This document shows, piece by piece, positions 40,531 to 51,257 of a stretch of 64,000 nt of DNA. The DNA comes from Minisyncoccia bacterium (GTDB lineage: Bacteria; Patescibacteriota; Minisyncoccia; Phycocordibacterales; UBA9973), in assembly GCA_038323465.1 (NCBI GenBank), contig JBBQGX010000002.1, positions 132 to 64,131 of the forward strand, written 5' to 3'. The position numbers and the translations under genes are program-made. The notes below the pieces were generated by a model. That model ran no database searches, was not told where the DNA came from, and was given only the letters and a program-made list of their open reading frames with translations. Every line of letters starts with the position of its first letter. Positions within the stretch are counted from its first letter, which is position 1.

Positions 40531-42294
40531 ATGCATATTGATGAAGGAACAATTGTAAATCTTTTAGATACGTCTGGGCTTGTTAATAAAAAAGATGTTG
40601 CAATGGCACAAAAGAAAGCAAAAGAAACCAATCAAACTCTTGGTGATGTTTTGATGGCTGATGGTAAATTAACAGAAAAAGACTGGAATAGTATGCAAGC
40701 TTTTTCACTTGGTATTCCTTTTGTCAGTTTAAAGGGGATGAAGATTGATTCTGATATTCTTAATTTGATTCCTGAACCAATTGCTCGTAATAATAGTATT
40801 ATCTCATACAATAAATCTTCTCAAGGATTAGAAGTAGCAATGCTTGATGTCGACAATCTCCCGGTTATTGATTTTATAAAAAAGAAAGTAGGTGTTCGTA
40901 TACTTCCCCGTATGACATCTTCAGATTCTATTAAAGAAGCTCTATCTCTTTACAAGAAAAGTTTGCAGGCTGATTTCGAGGATATAATTAAAAAAGAAAG
41001 TGGTTCTATGGGTATCGTTGCTGATAATAATATTTTTGGAGACAAAAGTAATCCTGAAGGAAAAACAGAAAAAGAGTTGGCAGAGGATTTACCGATAGTT
41101 AAAATTGTTGATACTCTAATCTCTCATGCCATTTTACAAGGGGCTTCTGATATTCACGTTGAACCTTGTGAAGAATCTTTAATAGTACGATATCGTATCG
41201 ATGGAATTCTTCACGATGCCATGGTCTTACCTAAAGATACAGCACCTGGAATTGTAGCTCGCATTAAAGTACTTTCAAATCTAAAGCTCGATGAAAAACG
41301 TTTACCGCAAGATGGAAGATTTAAGATTGTGAACGATCAAGGAGGAGTTTCTTTTCGTGTCTCGACTCTCCCAACTTATTTTGGGGAAAAAACTGTTATA
41401 CGTATACTTCGAGAAAATGCCAAAGGTTTTTCGCTTGAGGGTCTTGGTTTTCACGGGGAAGCCCTTGAGAGAATCCATCGAGGTATGAAAAAAAGAAACG
41501 GAATGCTACTCACTGCTGGACCAACAGGTTCTGGAAAAACAACAACTCTATATACAATGCTCGATATATTAAATACTCCAGATGTAAATATTTCGACAGT
41601 TGAAGATCCTATTGAATATCAAATGGCTAGAATTAACCAAACACAAACCAAGGCAGAAATTGGGTTAACTTTTGCCAATGGTTTACGTACACTTTTACGA
41701 CAAGATCCAGATATTATCATGGTGGGTGAGATTCGTGATGGAGAGACAGCCTCTCTTGCCGTAAATGCTTCACTCACTGGTCACTTAGTTTTATCTACTA
41801 TCCATACAAATTCGGCTGCTGGAGCTATTCCACGCATGATAGACATGGGAGTTGAACCATTCTTGATCGTTTCGACTGTTAAAACTGTGATCGCTCAGCG
41901 TCTAGTTCGTAAACTTTCAGAAGAGAAAGAGAAATATATTTTAGATGATATTGAATTAAAAGCACTTAGTAAGGTTGTAAATCTTGATGTTGTTCTTGAT
42001 GCTCTAAAAAAAGAAAAAATAGTAAAAGAAGATGCGCAGTGGAATGATATTCCTTTTTATAAACCAAAGCCAAACAAGGATTCACCTGATGGTTATAAGG
42101 GTAGAGTTGGGATACATGAGGTGTTAGAGGTTAGTTTGACTATTAAAGAATTGATTCTAAAAGGATCATCTGCTGATGAAATTGAGAAAAGAGCTAAAAA
42201 TGAAGGTATGATGACGATGCTAGAAGATGGGATATTTTTAGTTGCCAGTGGTGTGACTTCGACGGAAGAAGTCTTGCGCGTTGTTTCTGAATAG
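40531..42294 (+). CDS. pilB: Type IV pilus / type II secretion assembly ATPase (PilB/GspE family)
   Basis: Walker A GPTGSGKTTTLY, Asp box, Walker B IIMVGEIRD, His box TGHLVLSTIHTN. Confidence 0.9.
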   Translation: MHIDEGTIVNLLDTSGLVNKKDVAMAQKKAKETNQTLGDVLMADGKLTEKDWNSMQAFSLGIPFVSLKGMKIDSDILNLIPEPIARNNSIISYNKSSQGLEVAMLDVDNLPVIDFIKKKVGVRILPRMTSSDSIKEALSLYKKSLQADFEDIIKKESGSMGIVADNNIFGDKSNPEGKTEKELAEDLPIVKIVDTLISHAILQGASDIHVEPCEESLIVRYRIDGILHDAMVLPKDTAPGIVARIKVLSNLKLDEKRLPQDGRFKIVNDQGGVSFRVSTLPTYFGEKTVIRILRENAKGFSLEGLGFHGEALERIHRGMKKRNGMLLTAGPTGSGKTTTLYTMLDILNTPDVNISTVEDPIEYQMARINQTQTKAEIGLTFANGLRTLLRQDPDIIMVGEIRDGETASLAVNASLTGHLVLSTIHTNSAAGAIPRMIDMGVEPFLIVSTVKTVIAQRLVRKLSEEKEKYILDDIELKALSKVVNLDVVLDALKKEKIVKEDAQWNDIPFYKPKPNKDSPDGYKGRVGIHEVLEVSLTIKELILKGSSADEIEKRAKNEGMMTMLEDGIFLVASGVTSTEEVLRVVSE

Positions 42295-42342
42295 CTTTCC
42301 ATTAAAAGGATGGTTTTGTGAAGTGATTTTACTAAATTAAAT

Positions 42343-43557
42343 ATGAAATTTAAATACAAAGAACAAACTAAAGAAGGAAATATTGTTGAAGGGATAGCAG
42401 AATCTTCAGATACTTTTTCTTTGGCCCATGAAATAAGAGAAAGAGGAAGCACCCCTATGACGATAAGTGAGTTTAAAGAAAAAGGATTCAAGTCGTTACT
42501 TACTTTTGATATTTTAGGGAGAGTTTCTCTTTCAGAAAAAATAATGTTTACAAACAACCTAAGTGGAATGCTTACAGCCGGACTTCCCCTTACTCGTGCT
42601 TTAACAGTTCTTGTTAAGCAATCAAATAATAAAACTCTCGGTGGTATTATCCAAAACTTGATAGATGATATCAACAAAGGGGGGACTCTTTCTCTGGGAA
42701 TGAAAAAATTTCCCAAAGTTTTCTCTGGTGTTTTTGTTTCTATGATTCATTCAGGCGAAGAGTCTGGAAGTTTACCTAGGACACTTTCGGAAATAGGTAT
42801 GACTCTTAAAAAAACATATGAATTAAATAAGAAAATCAAAGGAGCATTGATCTATCCGAGTGTTATTTTTACAGCAATGATACTTATTGCAATATTAATG
42901 ATGATATATGTTGTTCCAACTCTCACTAAAACATTTAAAGATGTAGGAACTGAGTTACCATCATCAACTAAATTTATAATATTTATCTCAGACGCATTGA
43001 GTCAACATCTACTACTGTTTGTTCTATTTTTGTTTTCAGTTATCTTTACTATTTTTCTCTTATTTAGATTAAAAATTGTACAAAGATATTTTGATTTATT
43101 TATTTTAAAGATTCCATTAATAGGAAATCTTATTAAAGAAATGAATACTGCTCGCACTGCTCGCACTCTCTCATCACTTCTTGCTTCTGGAGTGGATTTA
43201 TCTAGAGCTCTAACTATAACAGAAGAAGTGCTTCAAAATGTTCATTATAAAGAATTAATTCATAGTTGTGTGGATTCAATTGAAAAAGGAGTTACCCTCT
43301 CTTCTTCTTTTAAAGAACATACTCATTTATATCCAGTTATGGTAGGAGAAATGATTGAAGTTGGGGAAGAAACAGGGAAAATGTCTGGGATGTTAATGGA
43401 TATTGCTACCTTCTATGAATCTGAAGTTGATGAAAAGACAAAAAACCTCTCAGTTATTATTGAGCCAGTTTTAATGATTTTTATAGGTGGAGCTGTTGGA
43501 TTTTTTGCTGTTTCTATGATTACTCCTATGTATACGGTAATGGATAATATTAAATAA
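42343..43557 (+). CDS. pilC: Type IV pilus platform protein (PilC/GspF family)
   Basis: Two T2SS-F repeats (FTNNLSGMLTAGLPLTRAL... and ARTLSSLLASGVDLSRAL...) and three TM segments. Confidence 0.9.
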   Translation: MKFKYKEQTKEGNIVEGIAESSDTFSLAHEIRERGSTPMTISEFKEKGFKSLLTFDILGRVSLSEKIMFTNNLSGMLTAGLPLTRALTVLVKQSNNKTLGGIIQNLIDDINKGGTLSLGMKKFPKVFSGVFVSMIHSGEESGSLPRTLSEIGMTLKKTYELNKKIKGALIYPSVIFTAMILIAILMMIYVVPTLTKTFKDVGTELPSSTKFIIFISDALSQHLLLFVLFLFSVIFTIFLLFRLKIVQRYFDLFILKIPLIGNLIKEMNTARTARTLSSLLASGVDLSRALTITEEVLQNVHYKELIHSCVDSIEKGVTLSSSFKEHTHLYPVMVGEMIEVGEETGKMSGMLMDIATFYESEVDEKTKNLSVIIEPVLMIFIGGAVGFFAVSMITPMYTVMDNIK

Positions 43558-43560
43558 TTT

Positions 43561-45417
43561 ATGAAAAGAATAAAAAATAATTTTATTTTAAATAAAAAAA
43601 TAATAAAAAGCAAAGGGTTTAGCCTTGTTGAGACACTTGTCGCTATTTCTATTTTTTTAATTGTTTCTGTCGCTATATATTCTGGATTCACTGGTATTTT
43701 GAAAACAATGACAGTTGTTCGAGTGAAGGGGATTATGACAAATATAGCTAATGAACAGTTTGAAGTTGTGCGTAATTTATCATATCAAGATGTAGGTACG
43801 GTTCTAGGTATTCCTTCAGGAATTATTTCTCAGAGTCAAACTATAAATCGTGATGGTAAAGATTTTACAGTTGAGACTGTTGTACGGAATGTCGATGATC
43901 CTTTTGATGGGACTTTTAATGGCAATCCTCATGATTCATCTCCGGCCGATATGAAGATAATAGAGTTAACTATCTCGTGTTCATCTTGCGTAGATAGTAT
44001 ATCTCCAATTTCTTTTACTACAAAAATTGCTCCTAAAAATCTTGAAACAGCCTCTACAAATGGAGCGCTTATCATAAGAGTTTTTGATTCATCAGGGGTA
44101 CCAGTTTCTTCTGCTGATATAAATATAATAAATAATAGTGTTAATCCAAAAATAAACTTGAATGATCAAACAGATATAAATGGGATACTTACCATTGTCG
44201 ATGCTCCTCCTTCTAAAAATAGCTACCAAATAATAGTTACAAAAGATGGATATTCAACAGATCGTACTTATGCGACAGGAGTGACGGGTAATCCAAATCC
44301 AACAAAACCAAACACCAGTGTTTTGTTACAACAAATCACTCAAATTTCTTTTATTATAGATCGTACTAGTAAAATAAATATTTTTACTTTGAATAATCAA
44401 TGTGTTGCTACTCCATCATTTGGTTTTAGTATTTCAGGAAGTAAATTAATAGGAACTCCTAATGTTTATAAATATCTAAATTCTTTTACGACTGATACTC
44501 TGGGTAAGAAAACACTATCTTCTATTGAGTGGGATACTTATAATATATCAGGAGCTGATAGTGTCTATGATATTATTGGGACAAGTCCACTCCTTTCTCT
44601 TGGGGTTAATCCAAATATTGAGCAAGATTTACAAATTATTACAGCTCCTAAAAATGGTAAGAGACTACTCGTTGTAGTCAGAGATTCTTCGACCGGATTG
44701 CCTTTGTCTGATGCAATAGTTAAACTTACTGGACCAAATAGTTATTCTAAGAATATTGTCACGAATGAAGGATTTCTAAATCAAACTGATTGGAAAGGAG
44801 GTGATGGGCAGGAAGCTTTTGGTTATTTTAATATGTATTCAAATTCTGATGGAAATATTGAAAGTATTGCGTCTCCAGGTAATTTGAGTTTGAAAAAAGT
44901 TTCTGGAGTTTATTCTTCAAATGGTAATCTAACTTCCTCAATTTTTGATACAGGTTCATCTAGTAATTTTAGACAAATTATTTGGAATTCTGCTAGCCAA
45001 CCTGCACAAACTGGTCCTAAAAGTGTAAGAGTTCAGATTGCAACATCTAATTGTATTAATGCTGGAGATGATTATCCTGACTGTACTACGGGGACTTGGA
45101 ATTTTGTTGGACCCGATGGAACTAGTTCCACGTACTATGATTCGACCAATCAAAACATAAACGCAATTCATAATGAGAAGAGATACTTTCGTTATAAAAT
45201 TTATTTATCAACTCTAAATACTTCATACACCCCAACAATATCTGATATTTCATTTACCTACACCTCAGCATGTATTCCTCCCGGGCAAGTCTCTTTCTCT
45301 AGTCTTGTTTCAGGAAATTATACTATTTTAGTAACAAAGAATGGTTATAAAAGTATGTCAAAAAATGTCAGTATTTCAAATGACTGGACAAAATCTGAGA
45401 TCGTGATTACACCTTGA
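43561..45417 (+). CDS. Large (618 aa) prepilin-type N-terminal cleavage/methylation domain protein
   Basis: KG/FSLVETLVAISIFLIV has G-1, F+1 and E+5. Followed by beta-rich regions resembling carboxypeptidase-regulatory-like domains (IRVFDSSGVPVSSADINI..., VVVRDSSTGLPLSDAIVKL...). Confidence 0.7.
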   Translation: MKRIKNNFILNKKIIKSKGFSLVETLVAISIFLIVSVAIYSGFTGILKTMTVVRVKGIMTNIANEQFEVVRNLSYQDVGTVLGIPSGIISQSQTINRDGKDFTVETVVRNVDDPFDGTFNGNPHDSSPADMKIIELTISCSSCVDSISPISFTTKIAPKNLETASTNGALIIRVFDSSGVPVSSADINIINNSVNPKINLNDQTDINGILTIVDAPPSKNSYQIIVTKDGYSTDRTYATGVTGNPNPTKPNTSVLLQQITQISFIIDRTSKINIFTLNNQCVATPSFGFSISGSKLIGTPNVYKYLNSFTTDTLGKKTLSSIEWDTYNISGADSVYDIIGTSPLLSLGVNPNIEQDLQIITAPKNGKRLLVVVRDSSTGLPLSDAIVKLTGPNSYSKNIVTNEGFLNQTDWKGGDGQEAFGYFNMYSNSDGNIESIASPGNLSLKKVSGVYSSNGNLTSSIFDTGSSSNFRQIIWNSASQPAQTGPKSVRVQIATSNCINAGDDYPDCTTGTWNFVGPDGTSSTYYDSTNQNINAIHNEKRYFRYKIYLSTLNTSYTPTISDISFTYTSACIPPGQVSFSSLVSGNYTILVTKNGYKSMSKNVSISNDWTKSEIVITP

Positions 45418-46043
45418 ATATTATGTCTATAAATATAAATATAAATAATAATAAAGGATTAACGCTACTGGAAGTAGTTATTAGTATAGCTATTTTTTCT
45501 CTAGTGATGGCATTAGTTGGGATCTTTGCCCGTGATATTTTCTTTTATGACGATGTGTTCTCTGGTGGACTAACCGCTTATGATGAAGCCAAGAAAGTTC
45601 TTCAGCCTGTTGCTTCTGAAGTTCGTTCTGCATCACCTTCATCCCTCGGATCTTATCCTCTTGAAACAGTTGGTGCTACAACATTTATTTTTTTTACAGA
45701 TATTAATAATGATGGATTGAAAGAGAGAATTAGATATTTTTTATCAGGAAATATTTTAAAAAGAGGAGTCATCTCTCCGTCTGGAAATCCTTTGCAGTAC
45801 TCATCTAATAATGAGATTGTTACAGAAGTTGTCCATAGTATAGTAAATGATTCAATTCCTATTTTTACTTATTATAATTCTAATTATAATGGTAGTACTC
45901 AAGCACTAGTGCAACCAGTTTCAGTACTTGATGTGCGTCTTGTAAAAATAACATTGGTGATTGACACTAACCCAAATAAACCTCCAGGACCAGTAACAAT
46001 CACAACACAAGTTAGTATTCGTAATCTTAAGGATAATTTATAA
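45414..46043 (+). CDS. Prepilin-type pseudopilin
   Basis: NKG/LTLLEVVISIAIFSLV with E+5. The start is either TTG 45414, which overlaps the upstream TGA, or ATG 45423. Confidence 0.7.
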   Translation: MNIMSINININNNKGLTLLEVVISIAIFSLVMALVGIFARDIFFYDDVFSGGLTAYDEAKKVLQPVASEVRSASPSSLGSYPLETVGATTFIFFTDINNDGLKERIRYFLSGNILKRGVISPSGNPLQYSSNNEIVTEVVHSIVNDSIPIFTYYNSNYNGSTQALVQPVSVLDVRLVKITLVIDTNPNKPPGPVTITTQVSIRNLKDNL

Positions 46044-47512
46044 TGATAAATATAATTAAAAATGATAAATACTCTCGTGGAATTGCACTTATTAATGTGA
46101 TTATATTTTCTGCCTTGGCTGTTTCGATTGTTATTTTTTATGTTTCTTGGGTTTCTTCAAGTATTTTATTAACTAGAAGAACTTTATACAAAGAACAAGC
46201 TTTTCAAATAGCTGAAGCAGGCATTGATTATTATCGTTGGCATTTATCTCATAATCCGAATGATTTTAAGGATGGAACAAATAATAATGGACCGTATACT
46301 CATTTATTTAAAGATAAAGATGGAAATAATATTGGTAGCTTTATTTTAACTGTTATTCCTCCAATTGTTGGTTCGACTATTATTACTATTAAATCAGAAG
46401 GACGTGTCGATATTTATCCTTCAATCAAAAGAACAATTCAAACAAAACTAGCTATTTCTTCTTTTGCTAAGTATGCGATTGTTGCTGATGATATTATGCG
46501 CTTTGGAGAAGGAACAGAAATCTTTGGCCCAGTACATTCTAATAATGGAATCCGGTTCGACGGGATTGCTCATAATATTGTAACTAGTGCACTTTCTTCA
46601 TATAATGACCCAGACCATGTTGGGAATAGTGAATTTGGGGTTCATACTCATGTGAATTCTCCTGGACCAAGTATTAATGATAATTTCCGTTTAGAAGAAG
46701 CCCCACCTAAAAATCCAGTTCCTGAGAGACCAGATGTTTTTCTTGTAGGGCGTAGATTCCCAGTACCGCAATCTGACTTTACGGGTATTACTAATGATCT
46801 TTCAAAAATTAAAACTAATGCACAATCTGGTGGTAAATATCTCGCATCGTCTGGTTCATTAGGTTACCATATTGTTCTTAAGGTTGATGATACTTATAGT
46901 GTCTATAAAGTTACAGGTTTGACCTCTGCTTCACCTAGTTGTTCAAGTACTTCTAATGGAGGAGATCCTACATGGAAAACTTGGAGTATTGGAACTGAGA
47001 CATTTATAGGTAATTATAATAATCCAGGTAATGGACTTATTTTTGTGGAGGACGATGTTTGGGTTGATGGTAAAATAAATACAGCTCGAATTACAATTGC
47101 AGCTGGAAAATTTCCAGATCAATCGAGTACTCATAAAAATATTATTATAAATAAAGATTTGCTTTATACTAATTATGACGGTCAAGATAGCATAGGGCTC
47201 ATATCTCAAGAAGATGTAAATGTTGGAATGGAAAGTGAAGACAGTTTTCGTATAGACGCAGCACTAATGGCCAATAATGGAAGAGTAGGGAGACATTATT
47301 ATAGCGACTCTTGTTCTTATTCTAATAGAACAAAATTAACATTATATGGGATGATTGGTAGTAATAAAAGATATGGTTTTGCTTATACTGATGGAACTGG
47401 TTACAATGAACGTACTATTATATATGATGCAAATCTTTTATATGGACCACCACCATCTTTTCCATTGACATCTGACAAATACTCCACTATCTCATGGGAT
47501 GAAATAGAGTGA
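46043..47512 (+). CDS. Pilus-associated protein with N-terminal hydrophobic anchor (PilX-like position), function unknown
   Basis: TAATG overlap with the upstream gene. N-terminal RGIALINVIIFSALAVSIVIF lacks E+5. Confidence 0.45.
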   Translation: MINIIKNDKYSRGIALINVIIFSALAVSIVIFYVSWVSSSILLTRRTLYKEQAFQIAEAGIDYYRWHLSHNPNDFKDGTNNNGPYTHLFKDKDGNNIGSFILTVIPPIVGSTIITIKSEGRVDIYPSIKRTIQTKLAISSFAKYAIVADDIMRFGEGTEIFGPVHSNNGIRFDGIAHNIVTSALSSYNDPDHVGNSEFGVHTHVNSPGPSINDNFRLEEAPPKNPVPERPDVFLVGRRFPVPQSDFTGITNDLSKIKTNAQSGGKYLASSGSLGYHIVLKVDDTYSVYKVTGLTSASPSCSSTSNGGDPTWKTWSIGTETFIGNYNNPGNGLIFVEDDVWVDGKINTARITIAAGKFPDQSSTHKNIIINKDLLYTNYDGQDSIGLISQEDVNVGMESEDSFRIDAALMANNGRVGRHYYSDSCSYSNRTKLTLYGMIGSNKRYGFAYTDGTGYNERTIIYDANLLYGPPPSFPLTSDKYSTISWDEIE

Positions 47513-47521
47513 TTTTGCATG

Positions 47522-47563
47522 TCAAAATACACATACAAGCTATGACTTATATGTGTATTTTGA
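47522..47563. terminator. Hairpin after the pilus operon
   Basis: tcaaaatacacata / tatgtgtattttga, a 14-bp perfect stem with a 14-nt loop. Confidence 0.55.
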
Positions 47564-47608
47564 TGAAAAAAGAGATAATTTAATCAAAATATGTTATAAT
47601 AAAAATAT

Positions 47609-48373
47609 ATGTTGAATGTAAATAAGCTTGTTGTTGCTAATTGGAAAATGAACCCATCCTCAATAAAAGAAGTTGAATTTATTTATAAAGGTATTTCTTC
47701 TTATCTAAAAAAAATAAAAAATGTAGAAACAGTAATTTGTCCACCTTTCCCATATCTATATATACCTAAAAAATTAAAAATTAATAATATAAAAACCGGT
47801 AGTCAAGATGTTTTTAATGAGAAAGAAGGACCTTATACTGGGGAGGTCTCTTTCTTGATGTTAAAGAATTTTGATGTCAAGTATGTAATTGTTGGTCACT
47901 CAGAAAGAAGAACCCTTGGTGATACAAATCAAGATATAAATAATAAAATTCTGACAATTTTGAAAGGAAAAGCAACTCCAATATTTTGTATAGGAGAAAA
48001 AGAAAGAGATCATAATGGTTTTTACTTATCTTATATCAAACAGCAAATTATAGAAGCGTTAGCTGGAGTAATGAAATCTCAAATTAAAAATATTGTTTTC
48101 GCTTATGAGCCAGTCTGGGCTATCGGAGCAAATGCGACTCGAGTAGCAACAGTAGCTGAATTTATCGAAACGAGAATTTTTATAAAGAAAATAATTTCTG
48201 ATTTATATGATATAAAAACGGCAAATGCAGTTAGAATAATATATGGAGGATCAGTTAATCAGACAAATGCCAAATCATTTATAGAGGAGGGTGGAGCTGA
48301 TGGATTACTTGTTGGTCGTGATAGTTTGAATATAAAGAAGTTTAAAGAGATTATTAATTTGGCATCTAAATAA
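47609..48373 (+). CDS. tpiA: Triosephosphate isomerase
   Basis: VVANWKMN, VIVGHSERR and AYEPVWAIG motifs. Confidence 0.9.
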   Translation: MLNVNKLVVANWKMNPSSIKEVEFIYKGISSYLKKIKNVETVICPPFPYLYIPKKLKINNIKTGSQDVFNEKEGPYTGEVSFLMLKNFDVKYVIVGHSERRTLGDTNQDINNKILTILKGKATPIFCIGEKERDHNGFYLSYIKQQIIEALAGVMKSQIKNIVFAYEPVWAIGANATRVATVAEFIETRIFIKKIISDLYDIKTANAVRIIYGGSVNQTNAKSFIEEGGADGLLVGRDSLNIKKFKEIINLASK

Positions 48374-48374
48374 A

Positions 48375-49496
48375 ATGAAATCAATAAAAGACATAGAAAA
48401 TTTGAAAGGAAAGAAAGTGGTTGTTCGAGTAGATTATAATGTTCCTATGGATGGCGATAAAATAACAGATGATTTTCGTATTAGGGCATCATTACCTACT
48501 ATCGAATATTTACAGAAGAAGGGGGCTATTGTAGTACTACTAGCTCATATAGGGGACGATGCGACTAGTAGTTTAAAACCAGTAGCGATAAGACTTAAAA
48601 AATTTATTTCAAATCTTAATTTTATTGAAACTTCTATTTTTTCAGATAATACAGAAAAAATTGTAAATAATTTAAAGAGTGGAGATGTGGTACTACTTGA
48701 AAATCTTCGCCGAGAAATAGGGGAGAAGAAAAATGCACCGTCTTTTGCGAGAGCTCTTTCACGATACGGAACTATCTTTGTAAATGATGCATTTTCAGTC
48801 TCACATCGTCCCCATGCTTCCATCGTAGGGATTACGAAATACCTACCAGGCTATGCTGGGTTACAAATGATAGATGAAGTTAATCATTTATCAAAAGCTT
48901 TTAATCCAAAACATCCATTTTTATTTATTCTTGGTGGTGCTAAATTTGAAACAAAAATTCCACTCATAAAGAAATTCCTTCGTGACGCAGATCATGTCTT
49001 TATAGGGGGAGCACTTGCCAATGATTTCTTTAGAGCAAAGGGATATACTGTTGGCACATCACTAGTAAGTGATGGAAATATTTCCATAAAACCTTTTGCA
49101 AAAAGTAGTAATTTGATAATTCCTATTGATGTGATTGCAAGTAAAGACGGAAAGACTCGCGATATTAAACCAAGTGATGTTGCATCCGATGAATGTATTG
49201 TCGATATAGGTAATGAGACAGTTACTAAATTGGGTGAACTTATCGAGAAAGCAAGTTTTATCCTTTGGAATGGACCACTTGGTAAATATGAAAGTGGATT
49301 TTCTTCATCAACTGAAAAAATATTGAAATTAATTTCAAAAAGTAAAGCCAATAGTGTAATAGGTGGAGGAGATACTGTAGCAATAATTTCTAAATTAAAA
49401 CTCGGTGATAAGCTCGGATTTGTTTCAACTGGGGGAGGGGCGACACTCGATTTCCTTGCAAAAGGAACACTGCCGGGGATTAAAGCATTGAAATAA
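48375..49496 (+). CDS. pgk: Phosphoglycerate kinase
   Basis: VRVDYNVP..., FVNDAFSVSHR, GGAKFETK and the GGGDT/GGGATL motifs. Confidence 0.9.
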   Translation: MKSIKDIENLKGKKVVVRVDYNVPMDGDKITDDFRIRASLPTIEYLQKKGAIVVLLAHIGDDATSSLKPVAIRLKKFISNLNFIETSIFSDNTEKIVNNLKSGDVVLLENLRREIGEKKNAPSFARALSRYGTIFVNDAFSVSHRPHASIVGITKYLPGYAGLQMIDEVNHLSKAFNPKHPFLFILGGAKFETKIPLIKKFLRDADHVFIGGALANDFFRAKGYTVGTSLVSDGNISIKPFAKSSNLIIPIDVIASKDGKTRDIKPSDVASDECIVDIGNETVTKLGELIEKASFILWNGPLGKYESGFSSSTEKILKLISKSKANSVIGGGDTVAIISKLKLGDKLGFVSTGGGATLDFLAKGTLPGIKALK

Positions 49497-49512
49497 AAAT
49501 AAAAATAAATAT

Positions 49513-49547
49513 AAAATACCACACAATCTTCGCTTGCGTGGTATTTT
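49513..49547 (+). terminator. Terminator after pgk
   Basis: aaaataccac / gtggtatttt, a 10-bp stem with a 15-nt loop. Confidence 0.6.
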
Positions 49548-49583
49548 ATATTTATAATCATTTTTTATGTTACAATCATCAAT

Positions 49584-51248
49584 ATGCCAAATCATGTTGA
49601 ACTACTTGATCTTCTTTTAAAAAATCGTGGAATAAGGGATGAAGATAAAGATAAATTTTTGAATCCATCTTATGATAGAGATTTATATGACCCATATCTG
49701 ATGAAAGATATGGAGAGGGCTTGCGTGCGAATATTTGAGGCTACTGAAGCAGACGAGAAAATTGTCGTTTATACTGATTATGATTGTGACGGAATTCCAG
49801 CCGCGGTTATGATTCATGATTTTTTTGATAAGATTGGATATAAAAATTATGAAATATATATACCCGATAGACACGATGAAGGGTATGGACTCCACTTGGA
49901 TGCTATAGATGAATTTATAAATGATGGAGTAAATCTCTTAATTACTTTCGATTTAGGTATAACCGCAATAGAAGAAGTTATAAAAGCCGAAGCTTCCGGT
50001 ATAAATGTTATTATTACAGATCATCATTTACCCAGTCTTTTAGGTATTCCTAAGGCTTATGCTGTTGTTAATCCAAAACAAGAAGGATGTAGTTATCCTG
50101 ATAAGATGCTTTGTGGAGCAGGAATTGCTTTTAAATTTATTCAAGCTCTCATTCTAAAATATGGAGAATATTGGAAGATAAATAAAGGTTGGGAAAAATG
50201 GTTGCTTGATATGGTGGGTGTTGCAACCCTTGCTGATCAGGTCCCTTTACTTAATGAAAACCGGACACTAGCATTTTATGGGCTAAAAGTTTTACAAAAA
50301 GGTCGCCGACCAGGACTCACAGAGATTTTTAAAAAGGCTGGAGTTGATATAACTAAATTAAATGAAGAAGATGTGACATTCACACTTGCTCCACGTTTAA
50401 ATGCAGCTAGCCGTATGGCAAGCCCGATGATGGCATATGAGGCACTTGCGGCAACTGATATTGTAGAAGCAAAGACTTTAGCTGATGCTTTAGCTAAGGT
50501 AAATGATGAACGTAAATATACCGTTGCGAATATTATGAAAGAGGTAAGCAAAACAATGGAGAAGAGGGAAAAGAAGGGAATTATAGTAATAGGTAATCCA
50601 AAGTGGAGGATAGGAGTTCTTGGAATAGTAGCTTCGAAGATTGTAGAGGAGCACAAGAAATCAGTTTTTGTTTGGGGTTCTGATGGTTCAGATGATTTAA
50701 AAGGGTCTTGTCGTTCCTACGGAAGTGCAAATCTTGTAGATATAATGAATGCATTGCCTACTGGTTCTCTTCTTGGTTTTGGCGGTCATGCAGGAGCAGG
50801 TGGATTTTCTGTTTCTCATACAGAAATACATTTTTTAGAAGAGAGAATTTTGAAAGTCTGTGGTAGTAGTGATGAAGAAGTAAAAGAAAAAGTGCAAGAT
50901 GATGGTATTGATGCGATTATCAACATTGATGATATTACAAGTGAGAATTATAATGTCATTGAAAAATTGGCTCCATATGGAGTAGGGAATCCAAAACCAA
51001 AATTTTTATTGAAGGATGTACCAATATTTGGAATTAAAGAATTTGGAAAAGAGAAAAACCATTTAGAATTAATATTTACAAATAGTAGAGGGAGACAGAT
51101 AAAAGGAATTGCATTCTTTAAAACAAGAGATAGTTATAAGAGTTCGCTTTCTGTGGGGGATAGGATAAACATGATTGCCACATTTGAAAAGAGTACTTTT
51201 GCTGGTCGTACCGAGCTAAGGTTGAGAATTGTTGATATTTTGTGTTAA
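49584..51248 (+). CDS. recJ: Single-stranded-DNA-specific exonuclease RecJ
   Basis: DHH motifs (VYTDYDCDGIPAA, DRHDEGYG, ITDHH) and DHHA1 (GGHAGAGG). Confidence 0.85.
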   Translation: MPNHVELLDLLLKNRGIRDEDKDKFLNPSYDRDLYDPYLMKDMERACVRIFEATEADEKIVVYTDYDCDGIPAAVMIHDFFDKIGYKNYEIYIPDRHDEGYGLHLDAIDEFINDGVNLLITFDLGITAIEEVIKAEASGINVIITDHHLPSLLGIPKAYAVVNPKQEGCSYPDKMLCGAGIAFKFIQALILKYGEYWKINKGWEKWLLDMVGVATLADQVPLLNENRTLAFYGLKVLQKGRRPGLTEIFKKAGVDITKLNEEDVTFTLAPRLNAASRMASPMMAYEALAATDIVEAKTLADALAKVNDERKYTVANIMKEVSKTMEKREKKGIIVIGNPKWRIGVLGIVASKIVEEHKKSVFVWGSDGSDDLKGSCRSYGSANLVDIMNALPTGSLLGFGGHAGAGGFSVSHTEIHFLEERILKVCGSSDEEVKEKVQDDGIDAIINIDDITSENYNVIEKLAPYGVGNPKPKFLLKDVPIFGIKEFGKEKNHLELIFTNSRGRQIKGIAFFKTRDSYKSSLSVGDRINMIATFEKSTFAGRTELRLRIVDILC

Positions 51249-51257
51249 AATATTTTT

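Noticed and set aside
42093-42716. 207-aa minus-strand ORF spanning the pilB/pilC junction
   Set aside because: It is antisense to two genes with unambiguous Walker and T2SS-F motifs. Its translation is low-complexity (S/P/I-rich) with no motif.
48992-49561. 189-aa minus-strand ORF antisense to pgk, plus 48545-48823
   Set aside because: The pgk frame carries all the conserved motifs. The antisense product is featureless and runs through the pgk terminator.
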